Assembly (NCBI GenBank): GCA_013374855.1
Contig: CP055308.1
Coordinates: forward strand, 465,833-529,832
Direction of reading: 5' to 3'
Length of the DNA stretch: 64,000 bases
Source of the DNA: Candidatus Woesebacteria bacterium
Lineage (GTDB): Bacteria; Patescibacteriota; Microgenomatia; UBA8517
Shown in pieces: positions 31,701 through 39,754 of this stretch. Within the stretch, counting starts at the first letter, position 1, and each line of letters starts with the position of its first letter. The notes below the pieces were generated by a model. That model ran no database searches and had not been told where the DNA came from. It saw only the letters and a program-made list of their open reading frames with translations. A program made the position numbers and the translations under genes.

Positions 31701-32225
31701 CATTGGAGAAATCCTGATAATATTGATTTTGATAAAGTAAAGATTTATCGTTCAGAAAACACTAATTTTACTGCTGATTCTTCAACTGAAGTTGGCACTG
31801 TTTGGGGGACAGCTGGGTCTGAGATGACTTGGGAGAATGCTGCAGCGCCTGGGAAAGAATACTATTTTGCTATAAGAGCAATAGACAAAGCAGGCAATGC
31901 TTCTTCTGTTGTTGCAGATCCAGAAACGCAAGTGGTAGCTGGTGCTGTCTTGGGTGAATCAACTAAAGCTCCAGAAACAGAAGAGGTAAAGATTTTGCCA
32001 AAAGAAAAGAAAGGCGAAGTTTTAGGAGAAGAAAAAGATGCTAGCAAAGGGGAAGCTACCACAGAAAGCACCCCTTCTCCAGAGAGTGAAAAAGAAGAGA
32101 CTGGTGGAGTTTTGGGACAGGCTGTTAAATTTGCCAAGGAGAAAACAAAACTGACTCTTGTTATTGCTCTTCTTTTGGGTCTTGCTTCTTACTTTGCCTC
32201 AAAGTTTTTAAGGAGAAGAGGTTAA
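25794..32225 (+). CDS. Giant surface protein/adhesin (SdrD-B/Cna-B-like repeats, DUF11-like, Fn3-like domains)
   Basis: Signal peptide, TPEPT repeats, repeated G.I.G.KY.D....L.GW.I.L...G.Y.VCEV..GW.Q units, INYKLVIKNTG, YYFAIRAIDKAGN, internal LPAAG+TM, C-terminal TM and RRR. Confidence 0.9.
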   Translation: MNKKIVFKLFSLVSAFSILFNLFYTPLYVLAQETGSQTDQSTPAPTLAVETNPTPEVTFTPEPNQTPEATSTPESTPTPEEVSTPTATPTSEPTIEPTPTLLPGPEVVLGEKTESSSSPTNLPTSFDTSDSDKVFESSAQLFLTDASVEKECLADQNVIDSQDVDWYISTDSGYAQTKSNVQIGVRYVFPLENKVTLTFKCLPKDESLRSSLKIQKVKVSDLNLPEGLNPYGEWAYDITTGMKDGTFEYDITLPKPENQEAKVFYMEDVSGEVKNVEDEKINQEGDKIRVESLDHFSVFYLVTVSPGGVNSLEKFDSLSDWITSNSSVASGSGDDSPLDGNFAKIDAGGYICRDVDALGFQNLLLQFYWKGDKDAGSHDNGYVYVKKGGNCSDDDGWTKVYKADLDTNRDKNGYPQWSSQISINLNSSFSNSNFKIKFKNSSNDASDEFFRVDNFKITGTKINWPDDWTVPSCYLDPTGESGVGNTRVDLDGTSTSKPAASYKWTNDYLYLRFRVDGNPGTASNPDNFAWSVLVQNTPPKYQYLITLDGLNNQLKILENNQSTASNVTWNPILNDPAETLLWSGPSSMYANIVHDSSTVDDHYIILAVPISALPSSVTSSSIFYFATAADINNFNKDHLNCYEQPQTGLIRVEKSVKEGNTWTNQAESISLFKWRVDDETQWRDMGTSVELSAGSHSITENSVIGYQFDGWYYAGSGNGSCISPEGTILPINLNIVAGQQKEIVLCNSRLPYCGDGIKNGEEQCDGTDGVTPGQNFCTKSCTLVPIYDGEDSCPAGTVKSQTPILSKVISATDPDGETFNLDIGGKYIFEVSGTYSYDKNNSGKLADAAYGTKDNWSSTRTDIGIWGTNRGVTSLLADLGSGVGVVEWDNNQMFNPDHTYQKYYSPTKNSVQFLISDWYDNWFNSSYNNQSAMSDNSGSLTLNVYKCEPVSEVKICKYDNNQQPLSGWRVYLLGEKLNSFSIPSDGSVVNAGNYSSGSYALIASGVYNYGDPRMNADAANSYRYVGLPCAGSTDGWVNGEASSCMSNYLSLNLSTSGGPTAPGWGLYYNPEHIYAKAFTGGNLQAKIWDTCSLSQPEGCYGDNEGKLKLDVYKGYVGDTGNDGCVTFNNVPYGSYQLDEVLKEGWRKESGQGEVVVDGSSEVFSLINALNYGSISGKKYDGSEEGTVLSGWSIVLTGNSHVSSLNVPANGEVVNSAPLESGKKYLVKVSGAAQAGDNIHFDAECASDGGVTPWINGVPRYLSYGENLLDLKINDNFVDWGSCEPVNHTYYYLLNGNGSPVSFKVYDIYYPNNTGSLTVEIYEVVKEDVTDSTGYGWNDVLAGDYQLCEIIQTGWNQTKPGTFGAPTCYSVKVTPGSNQTFDFVNFKLGTIQGRKYEDLNGNGSENSGEPYLNGWTIRLYKEGEGWDLVDSKTTGHTGVLGEYKFENLEPGRYRVCEVLKDGWVQTSPTGVTNNIASDEAPSCRVVNINTSAQILTDENFGNFKLGRIYGYKYDEDGETGIGGWKIFIDNDGDKSFDEGEVSVQTGNDGYFEFTGLTSGTYNVCEVEQSGWQRMYPVGTNCQSIDIKSGSEKEIYFQNRKVVLGLTLTKLNDAVLGLSAGGQINYKLVIKNTGNQSLSGVTIKDAPAGGFTFVAGSGFLGSDPITPTFSGGYIEWYIGVLAAGEEKTLTYKMQTGSDLVNGVYPNIAIATGIYTPSEYVPEEVVGIFSPIVVEALAVDDNAEEGQRIESNEGTPVNSEVRIASSLSYSTGVGSTGQVLGASTEVGGQVLPAAGSSTWNLALALLSLIFGFGLKALGIAVERGKIDTRRVRRGLKKASLFLSSLALFLVLASTTKAFSDYVYITKLDSYLNKENFYLSYSALSENPISAQFYVRRDGDATWRTVGSLLNGASGQVEVKSGDIYGGDGKYFFKVVINSGTASDETSTTIDRSSPDPVRDYRKEKISDGHYKLHWRNPDNIDFDKVKIYRSENTNFTADSSTEVGTVWGTAGSEMTWENAAAPGKEYYFAIRAIDKAGNASSVVADPETQVVAGAVLGESTKAPETEEVKILPKEKKGEVLGEEKDASKGEATTESTPSPESEKEETGGVLGQAVKFAKEKTKLTLVIALLLGLASYFASKFLRRRG

Positions 32226-32239
32226 AGATTTACCACCCT

Positions 32240-32262
32240 TGGACAGGATCCGACCCTGTCCA
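32240..32262. terminator. GC-rich hairpin between convergent genes (terminator or REP-like)
   Basis: TGGACAGG-ATCCGAC-CCTGTCCA, 8-bp perfect stem. Confidence 0.6.
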
Positions 32263-32269
32263 GAAATTA

Positions 32270-33730
32270 TCATTCTATTTTAAAAAGCATTAGTGAGTCT
32301 GAAGGTGTTTCTTTCCAAGGAGGTTTATTGATTTCTTTAATTAAACTAATATTTGGATTTTGAACAAAATTTGATTTGTGGATTATAAAGTAGGTCTCTT
32401 TTTCTTTCGCAGCTTCATATACATAAGGCTCAAGGTATGAGTTGCTATACCAGATTTCAACACTGGGGTTATTAAAAAGATAAATTCCAATTCCATCAGG
32501 GAGTGTTCCGAAAGCGCCTGCCGTGACCAGTAAAATACTTTTTTCTTTTGCTTTCTCTTCTATAAATTCTGCCATTTCTTTGAGCCCATATCCGGCAGTC
32601 CATCCTTCAAAGTAACCTTCTTTTTCTTTTGCGGGTAGATTTGCATTTTGTGGATCTTTCAATAAATGAAAATCAAAAATTAAAGCTGGTATTAACAAAG
32701 TAATTGTGATTGCGACAACAATAAGCTTATTTTTAATGTTTTCTGTTATTTTGGAAAGGGAATAACTGGCAATGAAAATGAATGGTACTACGCTTGGTAG
32801 AATGTATCTTGCTGTATATACCTTAAGTAGGGAGGTTAAAGCAAGAAATGGTATAAGACCCCACAGTAAGATAACAATGTTTGTTCTTTCCCTTTTATAT
32901 AGAGAATAAAAGACGCCGAATATGAAAAGTATAAAAGCTGGCCAAGTCATCATTTTAGTCATAAAATCAAAGCTTAGTTTTATATTTCCTAGGAAAGGGT
33001 CAAATGGAACTTCCCAAAGTCGGCTTATTTGAAAGTGATAGTATTGGTCTCTTTCTGAAAGTTTTTCAAAATTTGAACTTATTCTAAGCAAGTTGATAAT
33101 TCCAAATCCAATAAAAGCTGCTATTGCAAGATTTTTTATAGATTTTTTAACTTCTTTTTTCTTTGCTGTAATTAAGGCTGTGGGTAAAGCGATGAAGTTA
33201 AAAATGCCGGGGGTTTTTGTAAGGTAAGATAATCCAAGTAGTACTCCCAGTAAGATAGTTTTTTTGATTGAACCTGTGTTTACTACTTCTAGAGTCATAA
33301 TAAGTGACCAGAAAGAAAGACCAGCAAGAAGAGAATCAACTAATGCCATTCTGTCAAAGAATACCAAAAACGGAATAATTGCAAATAATATTCCGGCGAT
33401 AATGGTGGTTTGTTGGTTAAAAAATCTTTTTCCAATGTAGATCGAACCTAGGATTGAAATTAACCCAAAAATAACTGATGTAATTCTTCCAGCAATTAAG
33501 GGATCTTTTATTGTTTTAAGAAAAGGTATCATAAGCCACATAAAAAGTGGGGTTTTGCCATCTGTTAGCGGGATGAATAGGTTTTCTTTTGGAGATTGAA
33601 TTATTTTTTGTGTCCAGCGTATGTATATTCCTTCATCACAAAACACTGGTTGGAGGTCTAGATTTATTGTTCGTAGAACAAGGTATAAAGCTAAAAAAAT
33701 AATGAGTATAAAATTATTTTTGTTTCTCAT
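32270..33730 (-). CDS. GT-C fold glycosyltransferase (family 39/ArnT/PMT-like)
   Basis: PVFCDEGIY, DGKTPLF, FFDRMALVDS, LTK, multi-TM. Confidence 0.88.
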   Translation of the reverse strand: MRNKNNFILIIFLALYLVLRTINLDLQPVFCDEGIYIRWTQKIIQSPKENLFIPLTDGKTPLFMWLMIPFLKTIKDPLIAGRITSVIFGLISILGSIYIGKRFFNQQTTIIAGILFAIIPFLVFFDRMALVDSLLAGLSFWSLIMTLEVVNTGSIKKTILLGVLLGLSYLTKTPGIFNFIALPTALITAKKKEVKKSIKNLAIAAFIGFGIINLLRISSNFEKLSERDQYYHFQISRLWEVPFDPFLGNIKLSFDFMTKMMTWPAFILFIFGVFYSLYKRERTNIVILLWGLIPFLALTSLLKVYTARYILPSVVPFIFIASYSLSKITENIKNKLIVVAITITLLIPALIFDFHLLKDPQNANLPAKEKEGYFEGWTAGYGLKEMAEFIEEKAKEKSILLVTAGAFGTLPDGIGIYLFNNPSVEIWYSNSYLEPYVYEAAKEKETYFIIHKSNFVQNPNISLIKEINKPPWKETPSDSLMLFKIE

Positions 33731-33788
33731 ATGATTAAATTATAACTTTATAGAAGAAGGTTTCTATTTTGTATTTTGTGAAAGATTG

Positions 33789-33859
33789 TGGACTTACCGA
33801 GAATCGAACTCGGATCTCACCCATGCGAAGGGTGCGTTTTACCATTAAACTATAAGCCC
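33789..33859 (-). tRNA. tRNA-Ala(CGC)
   Basis: Reverse complement GGGCTTATAGTTTAATGGTAAAACGCACCCTTCGCATGGGTGAGATCCGAGTTCGATTCTCGGTAAGTCCA; cloverleaf with G3:U70; CCA not encoded. Confidence 0.93.
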
Positions 33860-33981
33860 TAATCGTATTTTATTATATTCTAGAATGTCTTTCCAATGAA
33901 ATTGCTTGATAATAATTAGATTTTCATTGTCTTTTTTTTATATTGTTGAAGTTATTTTTAGTTAAGGTTATCATTTATGTA

Positions 33982-34983
33982 ATGACTGGTTTTGATTTTT
34001 TCAATCATCTTTTTTTGCCTCATCATTCTAACAACCAAAAGCCTCGTATTCTGCACCCCCCTGCTATTTTAATAGTTGTTTTTATTCTTCTTGGTTTCCA
34101 GATTTTTCTTCATCTTTTAAAACAAAGTAAACCTGATATTTTAGGATATGCATCAAAAATTTCACTGGAGGAAGTTTTGAGGCTAACCAATGAAAAAAGA
34201 CGTGAAGCTGGTCTGTCTCCACTAAAACTTGATCCAACCTTGTCGCAGGCTGCCAAAAACAAAGGGGAGGATATGTTGAACAAGGATTATTGGGCCCATG
34301 TTTCTCCTGATGGTATTGAACCTTGGAAATTTTTTCTTGATGCAGGTTATAAATATCGCTACGCAGGGGAAAATTTGGCGCGGGATTTTTCTGATTCTGC
34401 TTCTATTGTCTCGGCTTGGATGGCTTCCCCCACCCACAGAGATAATATACTTTCACCAAAGTATGAGGATATTGGGCTTGCTGTTGTAGAAGGAGATTTA
34501 GCTGGAACCGATACTACTATAGTGGTTCAGCTTTTTGGAACAAGGCTTTCTACAACTGGAGAGGTTTCTCCTGTCGCACGGGCCAGATCAACTTCCTCGC
34601 CGAATAAGAATACAACAGCAGAGGCAAAGAATATCGAAAATACTTTGGTTCAAAAACCTCAACCAACTTTAATTCCAACTCCACAACCAGCTCAGTCTGT
34701 TAATTTGACAGACAGCAACTCTGTAGTACTTGAGGCAGGTACTTCACTTGAAAAAACAGGCTTTGGGAGTATTATTCCAAATATTTCTTTTGATCCTTTT
34801 GCTGTTTTTAAAGGTACATCTTTGTTTTTTCTCTTTCTTTTTCTTTTTGTCTTTATTCTTGATTTCTTTATTGTTAAAAAAAGAAATATTGTAAGAATTT
34901 CAGGCCGTACTTGGGCACATGTTTTGTTTTTATTGACATCTTTAATATTAGTGATGATAGTAAAAGCGGGTGAGATTTTATGA
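33982..34983 (+). CDS. CAP (SCP/Tpx-1) domain membrane protein
   Basis: LTNEKRREAGL.PL, YWAHVSPDG, YAGENLA, WMASPTHRDNIL; N- and C-terminal TMs. Confidence 0.92.
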   Translation: MTGFDFFNHLFLPHHSNNQKPRILHPPAILIVVFILLGFQIFLHLLKQSKPDILGYASKISLEEVLRLTNEKRREAGLSPLKLDPTLSQAAKNKGEDMLNKDYWAHVSPDGIEPWKFFLDAGYKYRYAGENLARDFSDSASIVSAWMASPTHRDNILSPKYEDIGLAVVEGDLAGTDTTIVVQLFGTRLSTTGEVSPVARARSTSSPNKNTTAEAKNIENTLVQKPQPTLIPTPQPAQSVNLTDSNSVVLEAGTSLEKTGFGSIIPNISFDPFAVFKGTSLFFLFLFLFVFILDFFIVKKRNIVRISGRTWAHVLFLLTSLILVMIVKAGEIL

Positions 34984-35240
34984 TAAATAGAATTAAGCAT
35001 TTACCACACTATTTTTCTTTGGTTGGGATTCTTTTGTCTTGTATTTTTGGATTTTTGTTTTTTTCTTATGATAAAGATTTTCAGGTTGCGATACTTTTAT
35101 CAACAGCTATTTCTTATGTTACTTGGGGAGTTGTCCATCACAAGCTAAATGATGATTTTTACCCTTCTGTTTTGTTTGAATATTTAGCAGTTGCATTTCT
35201 TGGGGTGGCTGTAGTTTTATCTTTGTTACTTGGTTTTTAG
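34980..35240 (+). CDS. Small hypothetical membrane protein
   Basis: 3 TM, YVTWGVVHH; coupled to the upstream gene. Confidence 0.7.
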   Translation: MINRIKHLPHYFSLVGILLSCIFGFLFFSYDKDFQVAILLSTAISYVTWGVVHHKLNDDFYPSVLFEYLAVAFLGVAVVLSLLLGF

Positions 35241-35278
35241 TTTGCTTCGGCAAGTGTTCGGGTAGTATAATAGAGAAT

Positions 35279-35785
35279 ATGATTTTGCCTAAAGAACTTG
35301 TTTTTTACAGTCCTTCTTTTGGAAGGATTAACTCAAGACAGATGGTTGAGAACATATCTGATTTTGTGAGAGAAGACCCTGTAGCTTTCTATAGATTGGT
35401 TATAGGGACTGATTCTCAAGTTCACAGAATCAATGGTAAATCTGAGGTTGATTTTGTTACAGCCGTAGTGGTTCATAGGCAAGGTAGGGGGGCACGATAT
35501 TTTTGGAGGAAGGAGAAAACTTTTGTGAAACAGCCTGTTTTGAGGGACAGAATTTACAATGAGACTTTGATTTCCTTGTCGGTAGCTCAGGAAATTGTGC
35601 CACTTTTGAGAAAGACTGTTTCTGCAGCTAAATATGATTTGGAAATTCATATTGACGTTGGGGCACTTGGTCCAACGCGGGAGATGATAAAAGAAGTTGT
35701 TGGGATGGTTAATGGAAATGGTTTTGTGGCGAAGACAAAACCGGAAAGTTGGGGTGCATCTTCTGTTGCAGATAAACACACTTAA
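35279..35785 (+). CDS. RNase H-like YkuK (DUF458) family protein
   Basis: LVIGTDSQ, LEIHIDVG, KPESWGASSVADKHT. Confidence 0.9.
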   Translation: MILPKELVFYSPSFGRINSRQMVENISDFVREDPVAFYRLVIGTDSQVHRINGKSEVDFVTAVVVHRQGRGARYFWRKEKTFVKQPVLRDRIYNETLISLSVAQEIVPLLRKTVSAAKYDLEIHIDVGALGPTREMIKEVVGMVNGNGFVAKTKPESWGASSVADKHT

Positions 35786-35800
35786 GGTATAATAGCTTTT

Positions 35801-35908
35801 ATGAAAGGCGTGGTTTTAGCCGGAGGTCTGGGGACAAGGCTTTATCCTCTGACTTATGCCACCAATAAATATCTTCTTCCTGTTTATGATAAACCAATGG
35901 TTTTTTAA
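35801..35908 (+). pseudogene. 5' fragment of sugar-phosphate nucleotidyltransferase (RmlA/SpsI-like)
   Basis: [35 protein letters not shown] then TAA; no room for the remainder before the trmD 3' end. Confidence 0.88.
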
Positions 35909-36020
35909 GAAAGCTTTTATCTCAGATAGGGATTTGTCGTTAGATTTTGTCGAATTTAAAAGTGTGTTGAAAATATATTTTGCAGAGCATAATAATTTGA
36001 TAGAGTGGGGTATTTGGAGG

Positions 36021-36689
36021 CTAAATTTCTGTTTTTTGTTCTTTTTCAGTTGATTTTTGATGTCTCCACTCCTCTATTTTTTTATGATCTCCGCTTCTTA
36101 GCACTTCAGGAACTTCCCATCCTTTGTAATTTACTGGTCTTGTGTATTGAGGATAGTCAAAATTATCTCCTTTGGAGAATGTTTCATTTTCTGTTACTTC
36201 TTTTTCCAAAACTCCAGGAATGAGTCTCGTGACAGAATCAACAATTACCATTGCGGGAATCTCGCCACCTGTTAGGATATATTTTCCTATTGATATTTCT
36301 TCATCAATCAAATAGTCTATTATTCTTTGATCTACACCTTCATAATGTCCTGCAATAAGAATTAGATGGTCAATTTTAGACAATTCTTTGGCTTTATCTT
36401 GGTTGAAAATTTTGCCTTGTGGGCTAAGAAGAATAATTTTTCTTGATTTTGCTTTTGTTTTTTTCTTTATACTAGTAATGGCTTTGTCTATTGGTTCTAC
36501 TTTAAGAATCATTCCAGGACCACCGCCGAAAGGTCTGTCATCCGTGGTTTTGTGTTTATCAGTTGCCCAATCTCTTATGTTGTGGATGTTAATCTTAACT
36601 AGTTTTTTATCCTTTGCCTTTTTAATCATTGACACCTCAAAAGGCCCAGAAAACATTTCAGGGAATAGTGTTAGAATGTCTATAATCAT
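36021..36689 (-). CDS. trmD: tRNA (guanine37-N1)-methyltransferase
   Basis: ILTLFPEMF, DDRPFGGGPGM, GHYEGVDQR, ISIGKYILTGGE, PQYTRP. Confidence 0.98.
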   Translation of the reverse strand: MIIDILTLFPEMFSGPFEVSMIKKAKDKKLVKINIHNIRDWATDKHKTTDDRPFGGGPGMILKVEPIDKAITSIKKKTKAKSRKIILLSPQGKIFNQDKAKELSKIDHLILIAGHYEGVDQRIIDYLIDEEISIGKYILTGGEIPAMVIVDSVTRLIPGVLEKEVTENETFSKGDNFDYPQYTRPVNYKGWEVPEVLRSGDHKKIEEWRHQKSTEKEQKTEI

Positions 36690-36858
36690 TGAGTTATTTT
36701 AACATAAAACATTTTCCTAGATTTATTTGTTCGCGGTCATATCGGTATTAAAATGAAAGAAGAAGATTATAGCTGGTGTATTTTAGGGGCAAGTTTTTAG
36801 GAATGGTCTGTTTGGTTTGGGTGAGTGTATGGGTTATTTCCTTTGCTTAAGATAAATT

Positions 36859-38514
36859 ATGGTCAAAAGAAGAATTTTTGATTTGAACTATTTTTTCCTT
36901 GAGGGGAAAAGGCCTTATTTTTGGATTGTTTTTTTAATCCTTTTTGTTTATGGTAGGAGCATCTTTTTTGGATTTTCATACTTTGATGATAATGTGTTGA
37001 TTTTAGACAATCTGTTTTTTCTCCGCGATATTTCTAATTTATTCAAATCATTTACAATGGAGGTATTTCATGTTTTGCATTTTTCAGCTGCTTATTACAG
37101 ACCCATGTTGACTGTTTCTTATATGTTTGATGCTTTGATTTCTGGCGATAGCCCTTTTGTTTATCATCTAACGAGTCTAATAGTTCATGTTCTTGTTTCT
37201 TTTTCTCTTTTCTATTTTCTTTCGATACTTGGATTTAGGAAGGAGTTTTCTTTTTTTGCCGCGGTGTTTTTTTCAATTCATCCAGTTCTATCTCAGGCAG
37301 TTGTTTGGATTCCGGGAAGAAATGATTCTCTTCTTGCCCTTTTTGTACTTTTAAGTTCTATTTTCTTAATAAAATTTGCAGATGAGAAAGAGTTAAAATT
37401 TTTTTGGCTTTCATCTTTATTTTTTTTCCTAGCTCTTTTTACAAAGGAATCGGCTCTTTTATTTCCCTTTCTTCTTGCTTTTTATTTCCTACTTTTGGCA
37501 GACAAAGATAAAAAGAAGTCTTTTGTTAAAATTTCTCCGCTTTTGTTTCTTGTATGGGGGGCGATTTTTTTCTTATGGTTTTATCTAAGAAGCATTGCCT
37601 TGTCTGATAATCCTCTTCGTTATTCTTTCTTTGATTCTATAAATCAGATTTATAGAAATCTACCAGCGGTTTTGCTTTTTTTGGGTAAGGTGTTTTTACC
37701 ATTTAATCTTTCTGTTTTACCAACTTTAGTTGATTCTGGTCTTTTCTATGGCTATATCTCTTTTGTGTTTTTTGTTTTATTGATTATTTTTTCCAAAAAC
37801 AAAAATTGGAAATGGATACTTTTTGGTATTCTTTGGTTTTTGGTTTTTCTTCTTCCTTCTTTTGTGAGACCCTCTGATTTTATGCCTGATTTCTTAGAAC
37901 ACAGAATTTATCTTCCTATAATTGGTCTGTTTTTTATTTTTTCTCAAATATCTTTTGTTTATAATATTTCTTTTTCTGGAGGGAAAAGCTTTGTATTATT
38001 GGGTATTATATTGTCTTTTTCGTTTATTAACTTTTTTCATATAGGTAATTTTAAGGATAGGATTTCTTTTTGGGAGTCGGCAGTTAAAACTTCTCCTTCT
38101 CATCCTCTAGCACATAGAAACTTGGGAGCCGTGTATTACCTTGAGGGGGATTTAGACAGAGCTTATAAAGAGTTTCAAAAAACTTTAGAGATTAATTCCA
38201 ACGAACCAATGGTACACAATAATTTAGGTCTGATCTATTTAAGAATGGGTGATTATGATAGGGCGGAGGAAGAGTTTAATCAAGAATTAAAAATTAATCC
38301 GCTTTATGATAATTCTCTTTTTAACTTAGGGCTTTTGTATTGGAAAAGGGGTGAAAAAGAAAAAGCTGCTCAGATGTGGTTGAAAACAGTTTCAGTTAAC
38401 CCTGATCATAAGGACGCTTTGGCGGCTTTGTCCGTTTATTATAAGGAGGTGGGTGATATCACAAAAGCTGAGTATTATTATAATCAGGCAGTTTTGCGGG
38501 GATCTTCTTTCTAG
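36859..38514 (+). CDS. TMTC-like GT-C glycosyltransferase with C-terminal TPRs
   Basis: YFDD, YYRP, HPV..QAV.WI.GR.D, LFTKES, EHRIYLP, then TPRs (AHRNLG, VHNNLG, LFNLG). Confidence 0.85.
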   Translation: MVKRRIFDLNYFFLEGKRPYFWIVFLILFVYGRSIFFGFSYFDDNVLILDNLFFLRDISNLFKSFTMEVFHVLHFSAAYYRPMLTVSYMFDALISGDSPFVYHLTSLIVHVLVSFSLFYFLSILGFRKEFSFFAAVFFSIHPVLSQAVVWIPGRNDSLLALFVLLSSIFLIKFADEKELKFFWLSSLFFFLALFTKESALLFPFLLAFYFLLLADKDKKKSFVKISPLLFLVWGAIFFLWFYLRSIALSDNPLRYSFFDSINQIYRNLPAVLLFLGKVFLPFNLSVLPTLVDSGLFYGYISFVFFVLLIIFSKNKNWKWILFGILWFLVFLLPSFVRPSDFMPDFLEHRIYLPIIGLFFIFSQISFVYNISFSGGKSFVLLGIILSFSFINFFHIGNFKDRISFWESAVKTSPSHPLAHRNLGAVYYLEGDLDRAYKEFQKTLEINSNEPMVHNNLGLIYLRMGDYDRAEEEFNQELKINPLYDNSLFNLGLLYWKRGEKEKAAQMWLKTVSVNPDHKDALAALSVYYKEVGDITKAEYYYNQAVLRGSSF

Positions 38515-38565
38515 ATTGTTTTTTATTATAAAACTTTATCAATGAAGTTTCTTAATTTTGGTTAT

Positions 38566-39753
38566 TTATTCATACCTTATTGCCTCAATTGGAGAAAGTT
38601 TTGCTGCGCGACGGGCTGGAAAGACCCCAAAGAAAATTCCGATAAACGATGAGACACCAACAGCAACAATAACAGCTATTAGATTAATGGAAAGAGGAAA
38701 GAAAGGTCTTACAATCACTACAATTCCAATTGCTATTAGAAGCCCCATAATTCCACCAAAAGCAGAAAGAAGAACAGACTCTGCCATAAATTGGACCAGT
38801 ATATCCTTTTCAGTGGCACCAATCGCTCGCCTTATACCAATTTCTTTGATTCTTTCGGTTACTGAGGCATACATTATATTCATAATACCAACTCCTCCTA
38901 CAATAAGTGAAATAGAACCTATTGCCACAAGAACAATGTTTAGGACATTAAATATCTGATTTATTGTGGAAAGAATTTCTGCTTGTTCGCTTACAGTGAA
39001 TTTGTCTTCGTCGTATCTTTTTAAAAGTGTATCTTTTACTTTTTTCTTGGCTACTTGAATATCTTTTTCTGATTCAACTCCTAAGTTTATTCCCCAAAAA
39101 GTTTTGTCTGGATTTATTGCTCCATAAGTTGATCTAAAAGGAACAACAATGCTTAAGTCTTCTTCGCTATTTCCTTTTTTTTCGGATACCCCTATTACTT
39201 TAAATCTTTGTTTTTCTATTCTTACAGTTTTTTCTAGGGCGTTTTCGGGGCTTTCAAATAATTTTTCTGCTATAGAATAACCCAATACTGCTACTTTAGC
39301 TTTTGACTGATTGTCTGAAGAGTTAAATTGCTTTCCGACTAGAGTTTTGACATTTCTTAGTTTGAAGAAATCTTCATTTACTCCTCGAATGTATGCAAAC
39401 TCTTTCTTGTTATTTGCCTCTACACTTGTGGCCTTAAAGAAAACAGGAACTACATATTTAAGCTCGTTTATTTTCTCAAGTGCTTTTATGTCTTTTTCGT
39501 CAAATTTAGTATTGTTTATTAATCCTGCCCCAAAACCTTGTCCAAATCCACTTCCAGGAAGAACTGTTATCAAGTTTGCTCCCAAGCTTTCAAATTGTTG
39601 TTTAATATAGTTTTTTATTCCAAGACCAAGCGCAATAAGCAAAACTACAGCCAAAACCCCAATGGTTATTCCAAGCGAGGTAAGGAAAGTTCGTATTTTA
39701 TTCCGTCCAAAGTCTGAAATTGCTGCTTTTATTATGTCTTTGTACCCATTCAT
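38566..39753 (-). CDS. MacB-like ABC transporter permease
   Basis: RTFLTSLGITIGV, SLIVGGVGIMNIM..SVTERIKEIGIRRAIGA, PARRAAKLSPIEAIRYE. Confidence 0.93.
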   Translation of the reverse strand: MNGYKDIIKAAISDFGRNKIRTFLTSLGITIGVLAVVLLIALGLGIKNYIKQQFESLGANLITVLPGSGFGQGFGAGLINNTKFDEKDIKALEKINELKYVVPVFFKATSVEANNKKEFAYIRGVNEDFFKLRNVKTLVGKQFNSSDNQSKAKVAVLGYSIAEKLFESPENALEKTVRIEKQRFKVIGVSEKKGNSEEDLSIVVPFRSTYGAINPDKTFWGINLGVESEKDIQVAKKKVKDTLLKRYDEDKFTVSEQAEILSTINQIFNVLNIVLVAIGSISLIVGGVGIMNIMYASVTERIKEIGIRRAIGATEKDILVQFMAESVLLSAFGGIMGLLIAIGIVVIVRPFFPLSINLIAVIVAVGVSSFIGIFFGVFPARRAAKLSPIEAIRYE

Positions 39754-39754
39754 A

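Noticed and set aside
33789-33859. tRNA genes as integration sites of an island (also 47521-47597)
   Set aside because: No duplicated tRNA 3' end and no integrase seen in the window
34222-35779. Antisense ORFs over the CAP and YkuK genes, and similar ORFs throughout
   Set aside because: Shadows of well-supported genes on the opposite strand
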